Shown: piece after piece, positions 1-8,978 of the stretch | Layout: every line of letters starts with the position of its first letter | How positions within the stretch are numbered: the stretch's first letter is position 1 | Assembly: GCA_003221005.1 (NCBI GenBank) | Contig: QHTZ01000107.1 | Coordinates: forward strand, 1-23,908 | Direction: 5' to 3' | Source: Gemmatimonadota bacterium | GTDB taxonomy: Bacteria > Gemmatimonadota > Gemmatimonadetes > Gemmatimonadales > GWC2-71-9 | Length of the DNA stretch: 23,908 bases | Notes under the pieces: model-generated | The model's database searches: none | Told to the model about the DNA's origin: nothing | Seen by the model: the letters and a program-made list of their open reading frames with translations, nothing else | Position numbers and translations under genes: made by a program

Positions 1-1279
1 CGCCGAAGATCGCGAACAGGCTGCCCCCGAATAGCACGTAGTGCAGGTGCGCGACGATGAAGTAGGTGTCGTGGATGAACATGTCCAGCGGCGTCGCGGC
101 CATGAAGATCCCCGACAGCCCGCCGATCGTGAACATCGCCACGAACCCGATCGCGTTCAGCATCGGCGTGTGGAACTGGAGGTTCCCCCGCCACATCGTG
201 CCCATCCAGTTGAATACCTTGATCGCCGAAGGCACCGCGATCAAGAGCGTGGACACCATGAACGTGGAGCCCAGCGTCGGGTTCATCCCGCTCACGAACA
301 TGTGGTGGCCCCACACGATCCAGCCCAGGAAGGCGATCCCGCAGATCGCGAACACCATCGAGTGATAACCGAAGATCGGCTTGCGGCTGCCGTTCGCCAC
401 GAGATCCGAGACCATTCCCATCGCGGGGAGGATGAGGATGTACACCTCCGGGTGCCCGAAGAACCAGAACAGGTGCTGCCACAGGAGCGCCTGGCCGCCG
501 GCGCCCGGATCGAAGAAGTGCGTCCCGAGGATCTGCTCGAAGAGCAGCATGATCGCCGCCCCCGCGAGCACCGGCACCGCGAGCAGGCCGAGGATCGCCG
601 TGATGAACAGCGCCCACACGGAAAGGGGCATCCGGAACCAGGTCATCCCCGGGGCGCGGTTGTTGATCACCGTCGAGATGTAGTTCAGGGATCCGAGCAC
701 AGACGACAGACCGAAGAAGATGATCGAGATGGACCACAGCTCCTGGCCGAGCGACGAGCCGGAGAGATCGTGCCGCGCTGACAGCGGGGTGTACATCGTC
801 CAGCCCGCGCGCGCCGCCCCCTCGGGCACGAACATGCTGGCGAACATCAGAATGCCGGCCACAAACGCCGACCAGAAGGACGCCATGTTGATGCGCGGGA
901 ACGCCATGTCGTGCGCGCCGAGCTTGAGCGGGATCAGGAAGTTCGCGTACACCCCGACGAGCAGCAGCATGATGGCGAAGAACACCATGAACGTGCCGTG
1001 CATCGTCACGAGCTCGATGTAGTACTCCGGCAAGAGCACTCCACCCGAGGCCATCGTCTCCGGGAGCAGCTTGCCTAGCGGCATCGGCTGGCCCGGGAAC
1101 CCCTCCTGCCAGCGGATCTGCATCGCGAGTATCCCGCCGACCAGCAGGGAGAAGAGGCTCAGGAACAGGAATTGAATCCCGATGATCTTGTGATCGGTCG
1201 AGAACACGTACTTCCGGACGAAGCTCCGGTCGTCGTGATGCGCGTGAACGGCGTGCGCCGTCGCGGCTGCGGTACTCAT
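1..1279 (-). CDS. coxA: Cytochrome c oxidase subunit I, A1-type heme-copper oxidase (partial; 3' end outside window)
   Basis: Not in the ORF track; translated by hand from ATG at 1279, which overlaps the coxB stop (ATGA). Reads MSTAAATAHAVHAHHDDRSFVRKYVFSTDHKIIG, then TMHGTFMVFF, GAHDMAFPRIN (D-channel Asp), WQHLFWFFGHPEVYILILP, VWGHHMF (CuB), AVPSAIKVFNW (K-channel Lys) and HDTYFIVAHLHYV. Confidence 0.97.
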   Translation of the reverse strand, partial: MSTAAATAHAVHAHHDDRSFVRKYVFSTDHKIIGIQFLFLSLFSLLVGGILAMQIRWQEGFPGQPMPLGKLLPETMASGGVLLPEYYIELVTMHGTFMVFFAIMLLLVGVYANFLIPLKLGAHDMAFPRINMASFWSAFVAGILMFASMFVPEGAARAGWTMYTPLSARHDLSGSSLGQELWSISIIFFGLSSVLGSLNYISTVINNRAPGMTWFRMPLSVWALFITAILGLLAVPVLAGAAIMLLFEQILGTHFFDPGAGGQALLWQHLFWFFGHPEVYILILPAMGMVSDLVANGSRKPIFGYHSMVFAICGIAFLGWIVWGHHMFVSGMNPTLGSTFMVSTLLIAVPSAIKVFNWMGTMWRGNLQFHTPMLNAIGFVAMFTIGGLSGIFMAATPLDMFIHDTYFIVAHLHYVLFGGSLFAIFG

Positions 1280-2025
1280 GACGTGGATGCCCCTTTCGCC
1301 TTGGCGGCCTCCTGCTGCAGCCAAGCATCGTATTCGGCTTGCGTGTGGACGAACACCCGTGCCCGCATCTTGTAGTGGCTCATGCCACACAGCTGCGAGC
1401 AGCCGACCTCGTAAGTGCCGGGAACCGTGGCCTCAAACCACACCCTGATGTTCATGCCCGGGACGGCGTCCTGCCGCACCCGGAACTGCGGCACGTAGAA
1501 GGAGTGGATGACATCCTCCGACGTCAGCATCACGACGACCGGCCGCCCCACCGGCACGTGCAGCTGGTTGCGGATGACGATGTCGTCCTGGGCCGCCGGG
1601 TCACTCCGGTCCAGCCCTGTCGGGTTCACGGTTTCCTGGATCAATTCCGGGGAGACGCGGCCGAGCTTGCCGTCGGCGCCCGGATAGGTGAACCACCACT
1701 CGAACTGCTTCGCGTGCACGCCGATCGGGTAGGCGTTCGCCGGCACACTGTTGCGGCCCTTGATCTTGACCCAGAGGCCGTTGCTCGTGAGTCCCAGAAT
1801 CACCATCGTGACCGCCGGGATGGCCGTCCAGATCACCTCCGCACGGGTATTCCCGTGCGTGTAGAAGGCCTTGCGCCCCGGGCGGTTCCGGTAAGCGATC
1901 ACGAAGTAGACGAGCCCCACCTCGACCAACACGAACGTGATCCCGGTGATGATGAGGATCGCCGTGAACATCCAGTCGATGGGCGCCGCGAACGTCGAGG
2001 CCTGCGGTGGCAGCCACCAGGTCAT
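1276..2025 (-). CDS. coxB: Cytochrome c oxidase subunit II (CuA), no fused cytochrome c
   Basis: Two N-terminal TM helices, EVIWTAIP, QFEWWFTYP, DVIHSF, and CuA motif CSQLCGMSHYKM. Confidence 0.96.
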   Translation of the reverse strand: MTWWLPPQASTFAAPIDWMFTAILIITGITFVLVEVGLVYFVIAYRNRPGRKAFYTHGNTRAEVIWTAIPAVTMVILGLTSNGLWVKIKGRNSVPANAYPIGVHAKQFEWWFTYPGADGKLGRVSPELIQETVNPTGLDRSDPAAQDDIVIRNQLHVPVGRPVVVMLTSEDVIHSFYVPQFRVRQDAVPGMNIRVWFEATVPGTYEVGCSQLCGMSHYKMRARVFVHTQAEYDAWLQQEAAKAKGASTS

Positions 2026-2038
2026 GGAGCGTCTCCCT

Positions 2039-2770
2039 CTATTTCGCCGTGAAGGTCAAGTCCGCCGTCTTCGTCTCCGCCGCCTTCACCGTCACCGTCG
2101 CCGTCTGCGTGCCGTACTTCTCATGCCACGCCTCGATCGTATACGTCCCCGGGGGAAGGCCCTTGATGCTGTAGCTGCCGTCCGTGCCGGTCGCAGAATA
2201 GAAGGGATGCGATAGCACGCCGGCAAAGGCGTGCATCCACCCGTGCACGTTGCACGCGAACGGCAGCATCACCTCGACCGCCGCAAATCCCGGCCGGTTG
2301 GTGGTCATGGTCGTGGGCTGGCTGATGTTGAACGGCCGGTTCTTCTTGCCCAGCGCCTTGATGTTGTGGAGGATCCCGTCGCTGTTCTTGATCGCGAGCG
2401 TCTGGCCGACCATGATCCCAAACACCCTGGGATGGTACATGCAGCCGTTCTGATCGATCTCCACGGGGGTGGCGGGCGTCGGGTACTTGGCGTCGGCCGG
2501 GAGCCCCGTCTTCACGTACACGAACACGTTTGCCAGCGTGCCGTTGGCGTTGACCTGGACGATGAGCTCGCGGGGCGGCGTGGTGTACTTCGCCGCGCAC
2601 TTGGCCTCCTCGCTCATGTCGATGACCGGGTTCGCCGGCGCCTTGCCGACGAACTTTACTTTCCCCGTCACCGTGGCGCCGTCGAGCGCGGCCTCCGCGC
2701 CCGGGGTGCTCCCCAAGGCCCACACCAGGAGACCAGCCCCGATCGCCGCCGCCGAACCGAGTTTACGCAT
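2039..2770 (-). CDS. Exported cupredoxin-like protein with C-terminal carboxypeptidase-regulatory-like beta-sandwich
   Basis: Signal peptide ending near AEAA; type-1-copper-like ligands NSDGILHN...CNVHGWM; C-terminal TDGSYSIKGLPPGTYTIEAWHE. SD GGAGG upstream. Confidence 0.8.
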   Translation of the reverse strand: MRKLGSAAAIGAGLLVWALGSTPGAEAALDGATVTGKVKFVGKAPANPVIDMSEEAKCAAKYTTPPRELIVQVNANGTLANVFVYVKTGLPADAKYPTPATPVEIDQNGCMYHPRVFGIMVGQTLAIKNSDGILHNIKALGKKNRPFNISQPTTMTTNRPGFAAVEVMLPFACNVHGWMHAFAGVLSHPFYSATGTDGSYSIKGLPPGTYTIEAWHEKYGTQTATVTVKAAETKTADLTFTAK

Positions 2771-2823
2771 CGTCCCTCCTCAGAGAGGATTCCCGCCCGG
2801 ACGGAACTTCCGGCCGGTGCCGC

Positions 2824-4395
2824 TTACCCTCGCGCCGCAGCCCGCCTGCCGTCACGGCGCTGCGCCCGCACCACCACCAGCATCCCCAGCCCCAAGGTCA
2901 CCACCATCGCGATCACCGGAGAGATGAAGGTCCCGGGCGGCGTCGGCTGGTCCAGGGCGAGGAAGTACCAGGTACTCAGCGCCATCCGCGTATCGCGCTC
3001 CGCGCTCGAGCCGTCCCACGCGAAGAACGCCACGGGGATGGCCCGGCCCACGGCGAACTGAAGTTCGTTCGCCGTATCGGCGGTCGCAAGGGTACGGGTG
3101 AAGACCACCCGCCACTGGCCGTGGTCCCACACCGCCCGCGCCGCCGGTCCGCTCGCGGGCGGCAGGGTGTCGAAGCGGTCGATTCCCCGGGCGAGGCCCG
3201 CCACTGCGCCCCGCGGCGCGCTGCGCCAGCGCCACTGGTAGACGGACCCCGAGTTCGACCCCATCAGGAAGTACGGCCGCTCCATCCCCTCGGGGATCTT
3301 CGGCGGAAACTGCACGGCCAGCTGATCGGGCCACGGCGCTAGGGTCTGCGGCCCCGAATCGTCGCTCGCCATCGTCTGGAGCAGTCGCCGCGTGTACTTG
3401 TTCCATCCTGTATCCGGGCTCTGCGAGCGGTCGTCCCAGGTGAGCCGCACCGCGATCGCGTTGCCGTTGTGCAGCGCCTGCACCCAGATCGCCGCCACCG
3501 CGGGCGCGAACCAACGCGGCTTGCGGATGATCTGGCCAACGAGCGGGAAGTAGTAGTCATCCACGCGGCTCCAGGCGGAGTCGTCTGGGGACACGGGCAG
3601 CGTGCCCGCGATCTGGCGCGCGTGAATCACATCCCGCACCTCGGGCGCCTTGGGCGGCGACAGGCTGCGCACGTACTGCGCCACCCGCCACAGTTGCTCC
3701 TCGGTGAGGAACTTCTGGTCGAGCAGGTCGGAGAACGACGGCATCGGCGTGCCGTCGAGCCCGGTCCGCAGCTGGCGGTAAATGTCTTCCGCCGTCGCGC
3801 CGCCGCGGAAGCGCCAGTTTTCGTGGAGGTCGGCTGCCAAGATCGGCTGCCCGGGATCGTCCTTGAGATCGGGGGCCGAGGGCCCATCGCCGCGCCCCTG
3901 GGGGCCGTGACACTTATAGCAATGGATCGAATCGTAGAACTGCCGCCCGACCCGGAGGGCTTCGGCACCCGTGCCACCGCCCGGCTCGCTCGAGAACTTG
4001 AGCAGCTGCGGGTGCTGGCTCGTGTCGCTGAAAAAAGACGAGAACGTCTTGAGGTACGCCATCACGTTGCGGCGCTCGCCGTCCGAGAGCCGCGTCTGCC
4101 ACGCGGGCATGGCGGTGCCGGGGAGCCCTTCGTCGATGGCGCGCATGAGGTCCGCGTCCGTGGGGAGCTGGCCGCTCGCAGTGGTGCGGATCTTGTAAAC
4201 TGCGCCGGTGAAGTCGCGGGGCCGCGGCAGCATGTACAGCGCGGCCACGCCCTTGCCGTCCCCGGTCTCCCCGTGGCAGCCGGCGCACCATTTCACATAG
4301 ACGGTCTTGCCGGCGGTGGTGTCTTGGGCGGACAGTCGCACAGTCGGACTGACGGACAGAAACACCGCCAGCGCGCCTATCAGTCCGACCCTCAT
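2824..4395 (-). CDS. Diheme cytochrome c fused to an ethylbenzene dehydrogenase gamma-like (EbdC/DOMON-type) heme b domain, with C-terminal TM anchor
   Basis: Start moved to ATG 4395 (MRVGLIG signal peptide, ATGA overlap). CAGCH...GLPGTAMP and CYKCH...GLDGTPMP; then RLTWDD, DQLAVQFP, YFLMG, WRVVFTR, AFFAWDG...ER...STWY; terminal TM helix. Confidence 0.85.
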   Translation of the reverse strand: MRVGLIGALAVFLSVSPTVRLSAQDTTAGKTVYVKWCAGCHGETGDGKGVAALYMLPRPRDFTGAVYKIRTTASGQLPTDADLMRAIDEGLPGTAMPAWQTRLSDGERRNVMAYLKTFSSFFSDTSQHPQLLKFSSEPGGGTGAEALRVGRQFYDSIHCYKCHGPQGRGDGPSAPDLKDDPGQPILAADLHENWRFRGGATAEDIYRQLRTGLDGTPMPSFSDLLDQKFLTEEQLWRVAQYVRSLSPPKAPEVRDVIHARQIAGTLPVSPDDSAWSRVDDYYFPLVGQIIRKPRWFAPAVAAIWVQALHNGNAIAVRLTWDDRSQSPDTGWNKYTRRLLQTMASDDSGPQTLAPWPDQLAVQFPPKIPEGMERPYFLMGSNSGSVYQWRWRSAPRGAVAGLARGIDRFDTLPPASGPAARAVWDHGQWRVVFTRTLATADTANELQFAVGRAIPVAFFAWDGSSAERDTRMALSTWYFLALDQPTPPGTFISPVIAMVVTLGLGMLVVVRAQRRDGRRAAARG

Positions 4396-5192
4396 TTCGC
4401 ACCGCCTTCGGCCTTCTCCCACGTCCGCGGCTTCCACCCGGTCTGATCGTACAGGAATAGGATCACCGCCCAGATCTGGCGCTCCGTGAGGAAGTCTTCC
4501 CAGCGCGGCATCGCCGAGTTCCAGGGCGTGCCCTCACGCGGCAGACCGGGCCCGCCCTTCGCAACCCGCCAGAAGACGAAGCTCTCGGTGAGCTGGGCGA
4601 TGGTCCCATTGTCCTGGAAGTTGGCTGGCAGCGGATTGAAACCGGCCGCGAAGTGTCCCAGACCATCCAAGTGATCCCCGTGACAGGGCAGGCAGTTCTG
4701 GTAGTAGATCTCCTTGCCGTAGGCCGTAAACGCGGCGAGCGACTCGGGCTGCTGGCGCAGCGGATTCTCGAGCCCGGTGAGCGTCATTGTCTTGCCGCGG
4801 AACGTGACCTCGGCGGGCGGCGCCGGATGGATCGAACGCAGGTTGGGGGGCGCCGCGACCGTCGTGCGCACCTGCCCGAACGTGACCCAGCCGACGAGCA
4901 GCGTGACGACCGCGAGCACCAGGATGCGCACGAGCCGCAGTCGCTGCTCGACCAGCATCGCCACGAGCGGCTGCTTGAAGAGCGCCCAGCGCTCATCGTT
5001 GTCGCTCACGTAAATCAGCACGCCGACTAGCACCGTGACCATGTACTGCAGCACGACGCTGCTCGGAACGAGCGAGCTGCCTGGCAGCAATGGCACCCCG
5101 TAGACGATGACGAGATACGCCAGCACCAGCAGCCCCAGGGCCTGCCAGAAGGGGTGGTCCAGGTAGCGCCGGAGGTTGGGCGAACGCGTCAT
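4392..5192 (-). CDS. Membrane-anchored monoheme cytochrome c (three N-terminal TM helices)
   Basis: Three hydrophobic segments, then CLPCH and distal Met in WNSAMP; coupled to both neighbours. Confidence 0.88.
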   Translation of the reverse strand: MTRSPNLRRYLDHPFWQALGLLVLAYLVIVYGVPLLPGSSLVPSSVVLQYMVTVLVGVLIYVSDNDERWALFKQPLVAMLVEQRLRLVRILVLAVVTLLVGWVTFGQVRTTVAAPPNLRSIHPAPPAEVTFRGKTMTLTGLENPLRQQPESLAAFTAYGKEIYYQNCLPCHGDHLDGLGHFAAGFNPLPANFQDNGTIAQLTESFVFWRVAKGGPGLPREGTPWNSAMPRWEDFLTERQIWAVILFLYDQTGWKPRTWEKAEGGAK

Positions 5193-6001
5193 TTGTGCCC
5201 CGCGAGGTATTGTACCAGCGCGTCGAGCTGGGCCGGGCTCATCATCGTCGCGAAGTTCTTCGGCATCACGCCGGCAAGGTTCTCAAAACCCTTCGTGATC
5301 GACGATCCCGGATCCACGATCTTCTGCCGGATCGACTGGGCGTCACGGCGCGAGCCGACGTGGGTCAGGTCGGGCGCCAGGGCTCCCCCCTGGCCGTCGA
5401 GCATGTGGCAGTTGACGCACCCGGCCTCTTTGATGATTGCCTTGGGATCGCTGCTCCCATGGGCGAAACCGCCACCCCCGCCACCCCCGCCACCCCCTGC
5501 CGCAGCGGCCCCTCCCCCGCCGGCCGGCGCCGCCTTCTGGATGTCGGCCCCCGTCACGTCCACCGTGCCCCCCTGCGACTCGAGGAACGCGATCACGGCC
5601 CAGACCTGGTCGGGCGGGATCAGCTTCGTAACCTGCGGCATGATGGGCTGGTAGCCAGCCACGACGTACGCCGTAGGCTGATCGAGGGACTCGTAGAGGT
5701 ACTGCTTGCAGCTCTTCCCCGGCTCGCGCTTGGCGCAGCGTTGGCCGATCGGCCCTGTTCCCTTCTCGTCCGTGAGCAGGTTCGGGGCGCGGGTGCCGAG
5801 GCCGTGACAGGCGACGCAGCCGCCGATGCCGTTGAACACCTTCTCCCCGGCGGCCACCAACTGCTCCGGCGTCGCGTTGGGACCGAGCGTGAGCTTCTGC
5901 GGCACTTCGGACTGCATCTGCGGGATCTTGTTGCAGATGACCGTATACACAAACAGCGTGCCGAGGACGATGCCGACGACCTTGAGGTTAGTGGCCCACA
6001 T
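5189..6001 (-). CDS. Membrane-anchored diheme cytochrome c with Gly/Ala-rich linker
   Basis: N-terminal TM; CVACH...PIMP; poly-Gly linker; CVNCH...APDLTHVG...GVMP. Confidence 0.9.
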   Translation of the reverse strand: MWATNLKVVGIVLGTLFVYTVICNKIPQMQSEVPQKLTLGPNATPEQLVAAGEKVFNGIGGCVACHGLGTRAPNLLTDEKGTGPIGQRCAKREPGKSCKQYLYESLDQPTAYVVAGYQPIMPQVTKLIPPDQVWAVIAFLESQGGTVDVTGADIQKAAPAGGGGAAAAGGGGGGGGGGFAHGSSDPKAIIKEAGCVNCHMLDGQGGALAPDLTHVGSRRDAQSIRQKIVDPGSSITKGFENLAGVMPKNFATMMSPAQLDALVQYLAGHK

Positions 6002-7700
6002 GCCGGCCTCCGCCCTCGCCTGACGACACGAACGTCGACTTCTCGGCGAGCCCGCCGAGCCAGAAGACGAACGCCACGAGACCGAGGAAGATCAGCACAC
6101 ACAGGCTGATCATCTGCGACGCGTACCCGAGCGCCGGGGTCGCGGCGTACTTGCTCGTGTCCTCCATCACCTGCCACACGTGCCAGTACTGGCGGATCCC
6201 GGAGCGGGCAAAGCCCATGAGTCCCATGAGCCAGGTGAACGTCACCGCGAGGATGAAGAGCGCATACTGGGAGCGCGGCGGCATCTTGCCCCACTGGATC
6301 TCCCCCACGGACTTAGCGCCCCGCGCCATGAGGACGTCGATCACGGTGACGAACAGGATGCAGCTCAACACGGCGAGCACCTGGTAGACGCTGAATCCGA
6401 TGCGCACGATCGCTTCGACGAAGTAACCCCGGATCCCGTAGAACAGCACGATCCCGGCCGCGATGACGAACATCGCCGTCTGGATGCGCGTCCCCGTCTC
6501 CGCCCAAGGGACGACGAGCTCCTTGTTGCCGCGCCGGTACATGAGGAACGACAGGAACGTGGTCAGGATCATCAGATTGACCGCCGTGTTCTTGGCGCTC
6601 ATGACGCCGAGGGCGCCGAGCAGCGGGTGGTGTGAGCCACCCATAGCGGCGAGCTCCTTCGAGTCCGCGATCATGGTGTGCGGCGTGCCCCACACGATCG
6701 CGCCCAGCACGAGGACCGTTAGCAGGTACTTGATGTAGGGGCGGAACCGTTCAGCGCCGGGGATGCGCCCCATGCCGATCCACAGGTAGTAGTTGCCGGC
6801 GAGGAACAGGACGGCGATGAGGAACGCCTGGATCACCCACAGCCAGCTCATGAAGCCGCCCATCATGGTGATCCCCATCGACTGGTCGTACTGGTACACC
6901 TCGCGGCCCAGCCAGTAGCCAGCGAAGGGCAGCACGATCAACGCGGAGATCGCGATGAAGTTGCCGACGTAGCCCATCCAGTCGTAGTGGGCGCGCTCCT
7001 CGTCGTTTTGGGCGGCGAGGAAGCGGTAGCTCGCGTACGCCGCGACAATGGCGCCGCCGAACACGACGTTCGCGATGAGCCGATGGACGTTAATCGGCAT
7101 CCAGGTGGCATTGGCGATGGCGTGCCACAGCTTGATGCTGCTCGGGTCCGTGGTGGAAGTGATGTCGCGCGGCGGCGTCATCATGTACGTCAGCCACGAG
7201 TTGGCGATCAGCATCACGATCGTGCCCCAGACGTTCAGCAGGATGCCGAGGGTCCAGTGGACCAGCTTGGCGCGACCGTACTTCCAGCGGTCCCACCCGT
7301 AGTAATAGAGGTAGAGGGTGAAGGATTCGAAGAAGAACAGTCCGGCGTACACCCACATGGAGGCCGCGAACACGGCCGTCAGGTACGCCCAGAACCGCGG
7401 GTACAGGGTTGCCAAGAAGAAGACGAGGATCGCCCCCCAGATCGCGGTCGCGCTGTAGGCCACGAGCAGCAGGCGGGTAAACTCCTTCGCGAGCCGGTCG
7501 TAGCGGGCTTCCTTGCCGAAGATCCCGATGGCCTCCGCCACCACGGCGAACATCGGCACGCCGAGCACGAAGGCGGCGAACATGAGGTGCACTTCCGCGG
7601 CGATCCAGACCGCCGCGCGGGCGCCGATGATGGGGAACTCGCCGTAGGCGCGCACGCTGTCGGCGGCGGCGGCAGTGAGGAAAAACAGACCGTCGGCCAT
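5988..7700 (-). CDS. Non-canonical cytochrome bd subunit I-like (CydA-like, 'bd-like') membrane oxidoreductase
   Basis: Polytopic membrane protein with CydA hallmarks: AEVHLMF (helix I His), FFFESFTLYLYYYGWDR, ANSWLTYMMTP, NVHRLIA (b558-type His) and IRQYW (variant of GRQPW). No recognisable Q-loop. Confidence 0.85.
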   Translation of the reverse strand: MADGLFFLTAAAADSVRAYGEFPIIGARAAVWIAAEVHLMFAAFVLGVPMFAVVAEAIGIFGKEARYDRLAKEFTRLLLVAYSATAIWGAILVFFLATLYPRFWAYLTAVFAASMWVYAGLFFFESFTLYLYYYGWDRWKYGRAKLVHWTLGILLNVWGTIVMLIANSWLTYMMTPPRDITSTTDPSSIKLWHAIANATWMPINVHRLIANVVFGGAIVAAYASYRFLAAQNDEERAHYDWMGYVGNFIAISALIVLPFAGYWLGREVYQYDQSMGITMMGGFMSWLWVIQAFLIAVLFLAGNYYLWIGMGRIPGAERFRPYIKYLLTVLVLGAIVWGTPHTMIADSKELAAMGGSHHPLLGALGVMSAKNTAVNLMILTTFLSFLMYRRGNKELVVPWAETGTRIQTAMFVIAAGIVLFYGIRGYFVEAIVRIGFSVYQVLAVLSCILFVTVIDVLMARGAKSVGEIQWGKMPPRSQYALFILAVTFTWLMGLMGFARSGIRQYWHVWQVMEDTSKYAATPALGYASQMISLCVLIFLGLVAFVFWLGGLAEKSTFVSSGEGGGRHVGH

Positions 7701-8977
7701 CAGCCGTCAGCCTCAGTGAAGAACGGCCGTCGCTTCGAGAAATCGACCGGTAGCGCGCTCCGAACCTCGGACAAGAGCTCCAGGGTCACCTCGCGCCCGC
7801 CGTGCCGTCGGGCGTACTCCTCCACGCGCTGCATCACCACGCCGCGTACGAACGAGGGAATCCGCTCGAGGCGCGCGAGCGCCGCGGGGCTCCAGCCGAG
7901 CGCCCGCCGGAACTCGGCGCCGTACGTCACGGCGCGCTGCGGCTCCACCAGCGGGGCGCCGACCCGCGGCTCGTAGGTGCACGACGGGTCGGCGGCGAGC
8001 ACGTCGCCGGTCGTGGCGAACGCCCGCGCCCGGCACCCGCCGCACAGCGCGCGGTACTCGCACACACCGCACTTGCCGCCGAGCGTTCCCTCGCGCAGCT
8101 GGCGGAACAGGGGGGCCTCGCGCCAGATCTCGCCGAACGACTGCCGGGATAGATCGCCCGCGACCTCCGGCAGGTAGGGGCAGGGCGTGAGCTTGCCGTC
8201 GGGCGTGATGCGGCAGTACTGCGTGCCGCACGGGCAGCGCGTCTCGTAATTGAGCACCGGCGACTCGGGATCGGCCGCGTGCACGTGCCGCATGAAGTGC
8301 GGCGCGCACTTGGAGCGCACGAGCATGGTCCCGCGGTAGTCGCGCTGCCAGCGCGCCAGGTCGGCGAGCACTGCTTCATACTCCGCCGGGGGAAGGTCGG
8401 AGAGCCCGGCGCCGCGCCCGGTCGGCACCAGGAAATAGCAGTTGAACGCCACGGCCCCTTGCTCGGCGGACCAGGCAACGAGGCGCTCGAGCTCGGCGCG
8501 GTTGCCCTTGGTCGCCGTGGTCTGGATGATGAAATCCAGGCGCCGCTCCCGGAGCCGGGCGAGCGCGCCCTGCGTGTCGGCGAGCGAGCCCCGACCGTGC
8601 CGGAAGTTGTCATGATAGGACGGGCGCAGCGAATCCACGCTTACCGCGACGCCGCGCACGCCCGCGTCCTGCAGCGCCGCGATCCGGACGTCGGTGAGCA
8701 AGGTGCCATTCGTCCCGACGACGACCGTGGCACCACGCTCGGAGGCATAGCGCGCGATCTCCGTCAGGTCCTCCCGGAGCAGCGGCTCGCCGCCCGACAG
8801 GATCAGGAGCGGGGCGGGGTTCTCCGCCAGGAGCTCGTCCACGATGCGCCGGCAGGTCGCCGTGTCGAGCTCGGCGGTGGCGCGCTCGCCGGGTCCCGCC
8901 GAGATGTAACAGTGAGCGCACTCGAGGTTGCAGCGCCGAGTGAGATTCCACGCGACGACGTGGGGCACGTAGCTCAC
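7700..8977 (-). CDS. Radical SAM/SPASM protein, AhbD/NirJ-like, with C-terminal PCP_red-like domain
   Basis: WNLTRRCNLECAHCY, SGGEPLLR, KCAPHF, SPASM cysteines CPCG...PCPY...CGVC...CGGC...DPSC; tail WSPAALARLERIPSFVRGVVMQRVEEYA...VT. Confidence 0.88.
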   Translation of the reverse strand: MSYVPHVVAWNLTRRCNLECAHCYISAGPGERATAELDTATCRRIVDELLAENPAPLLILSGGEPLLREDLTEIARYASERGATVVVGTNGTLLTDVRIAALQDAGVRGVAVSVDSLRPSYHDNFRHGRGSLADTQGALARLRERRLDFIIQTTATKGNRAELERLVAWSAEQGAVAFNCYFLVPTGRGAGLSDLPPAEYEAVLADLARWQRDYRGTMLVRSKCAPHFMRHVHAADPESPVLNYETRCPCGTQYCRITPDGKLTPCPYLPEVAGDLSRQSFGEIWREAPLFRQLREGTLGGKCGVCEYRALCGGCRARAFATTGDVLAADPSCTYEPRVGAPLVEPQRAVTYGAEFRRALGWSPAALARLERIPSFVRGVVMQRVEEYARRHGGREVTLELLSEVRSALPVDFSKRRPFFTEADG

Positions 8978-8978
8978 G

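Noticed and set aside
2797-2817. Small hairpin CCGGACGGAA-C-TTCCGGCCGG in the 53-bp gap before the cupredoxin gene
   Set aside because: No U-tract and a short GC-rich stem; not enough to call a terminator or processing site.
5471-5497. 9-bp tandem repeat (GCCACCCCC)x3, possible G-quadruplex on the minus strand
   Set aside because: Fully explained by the poly-Gly linker between two cytochrome domains.
2824-7700. Calling the cluster a nitrite-oxidation (NXR) or anammox locus
   Set aside because: No molybdoenzyme or HAO-type catalytic subunit is in the window; only accessory-like modules are shared.
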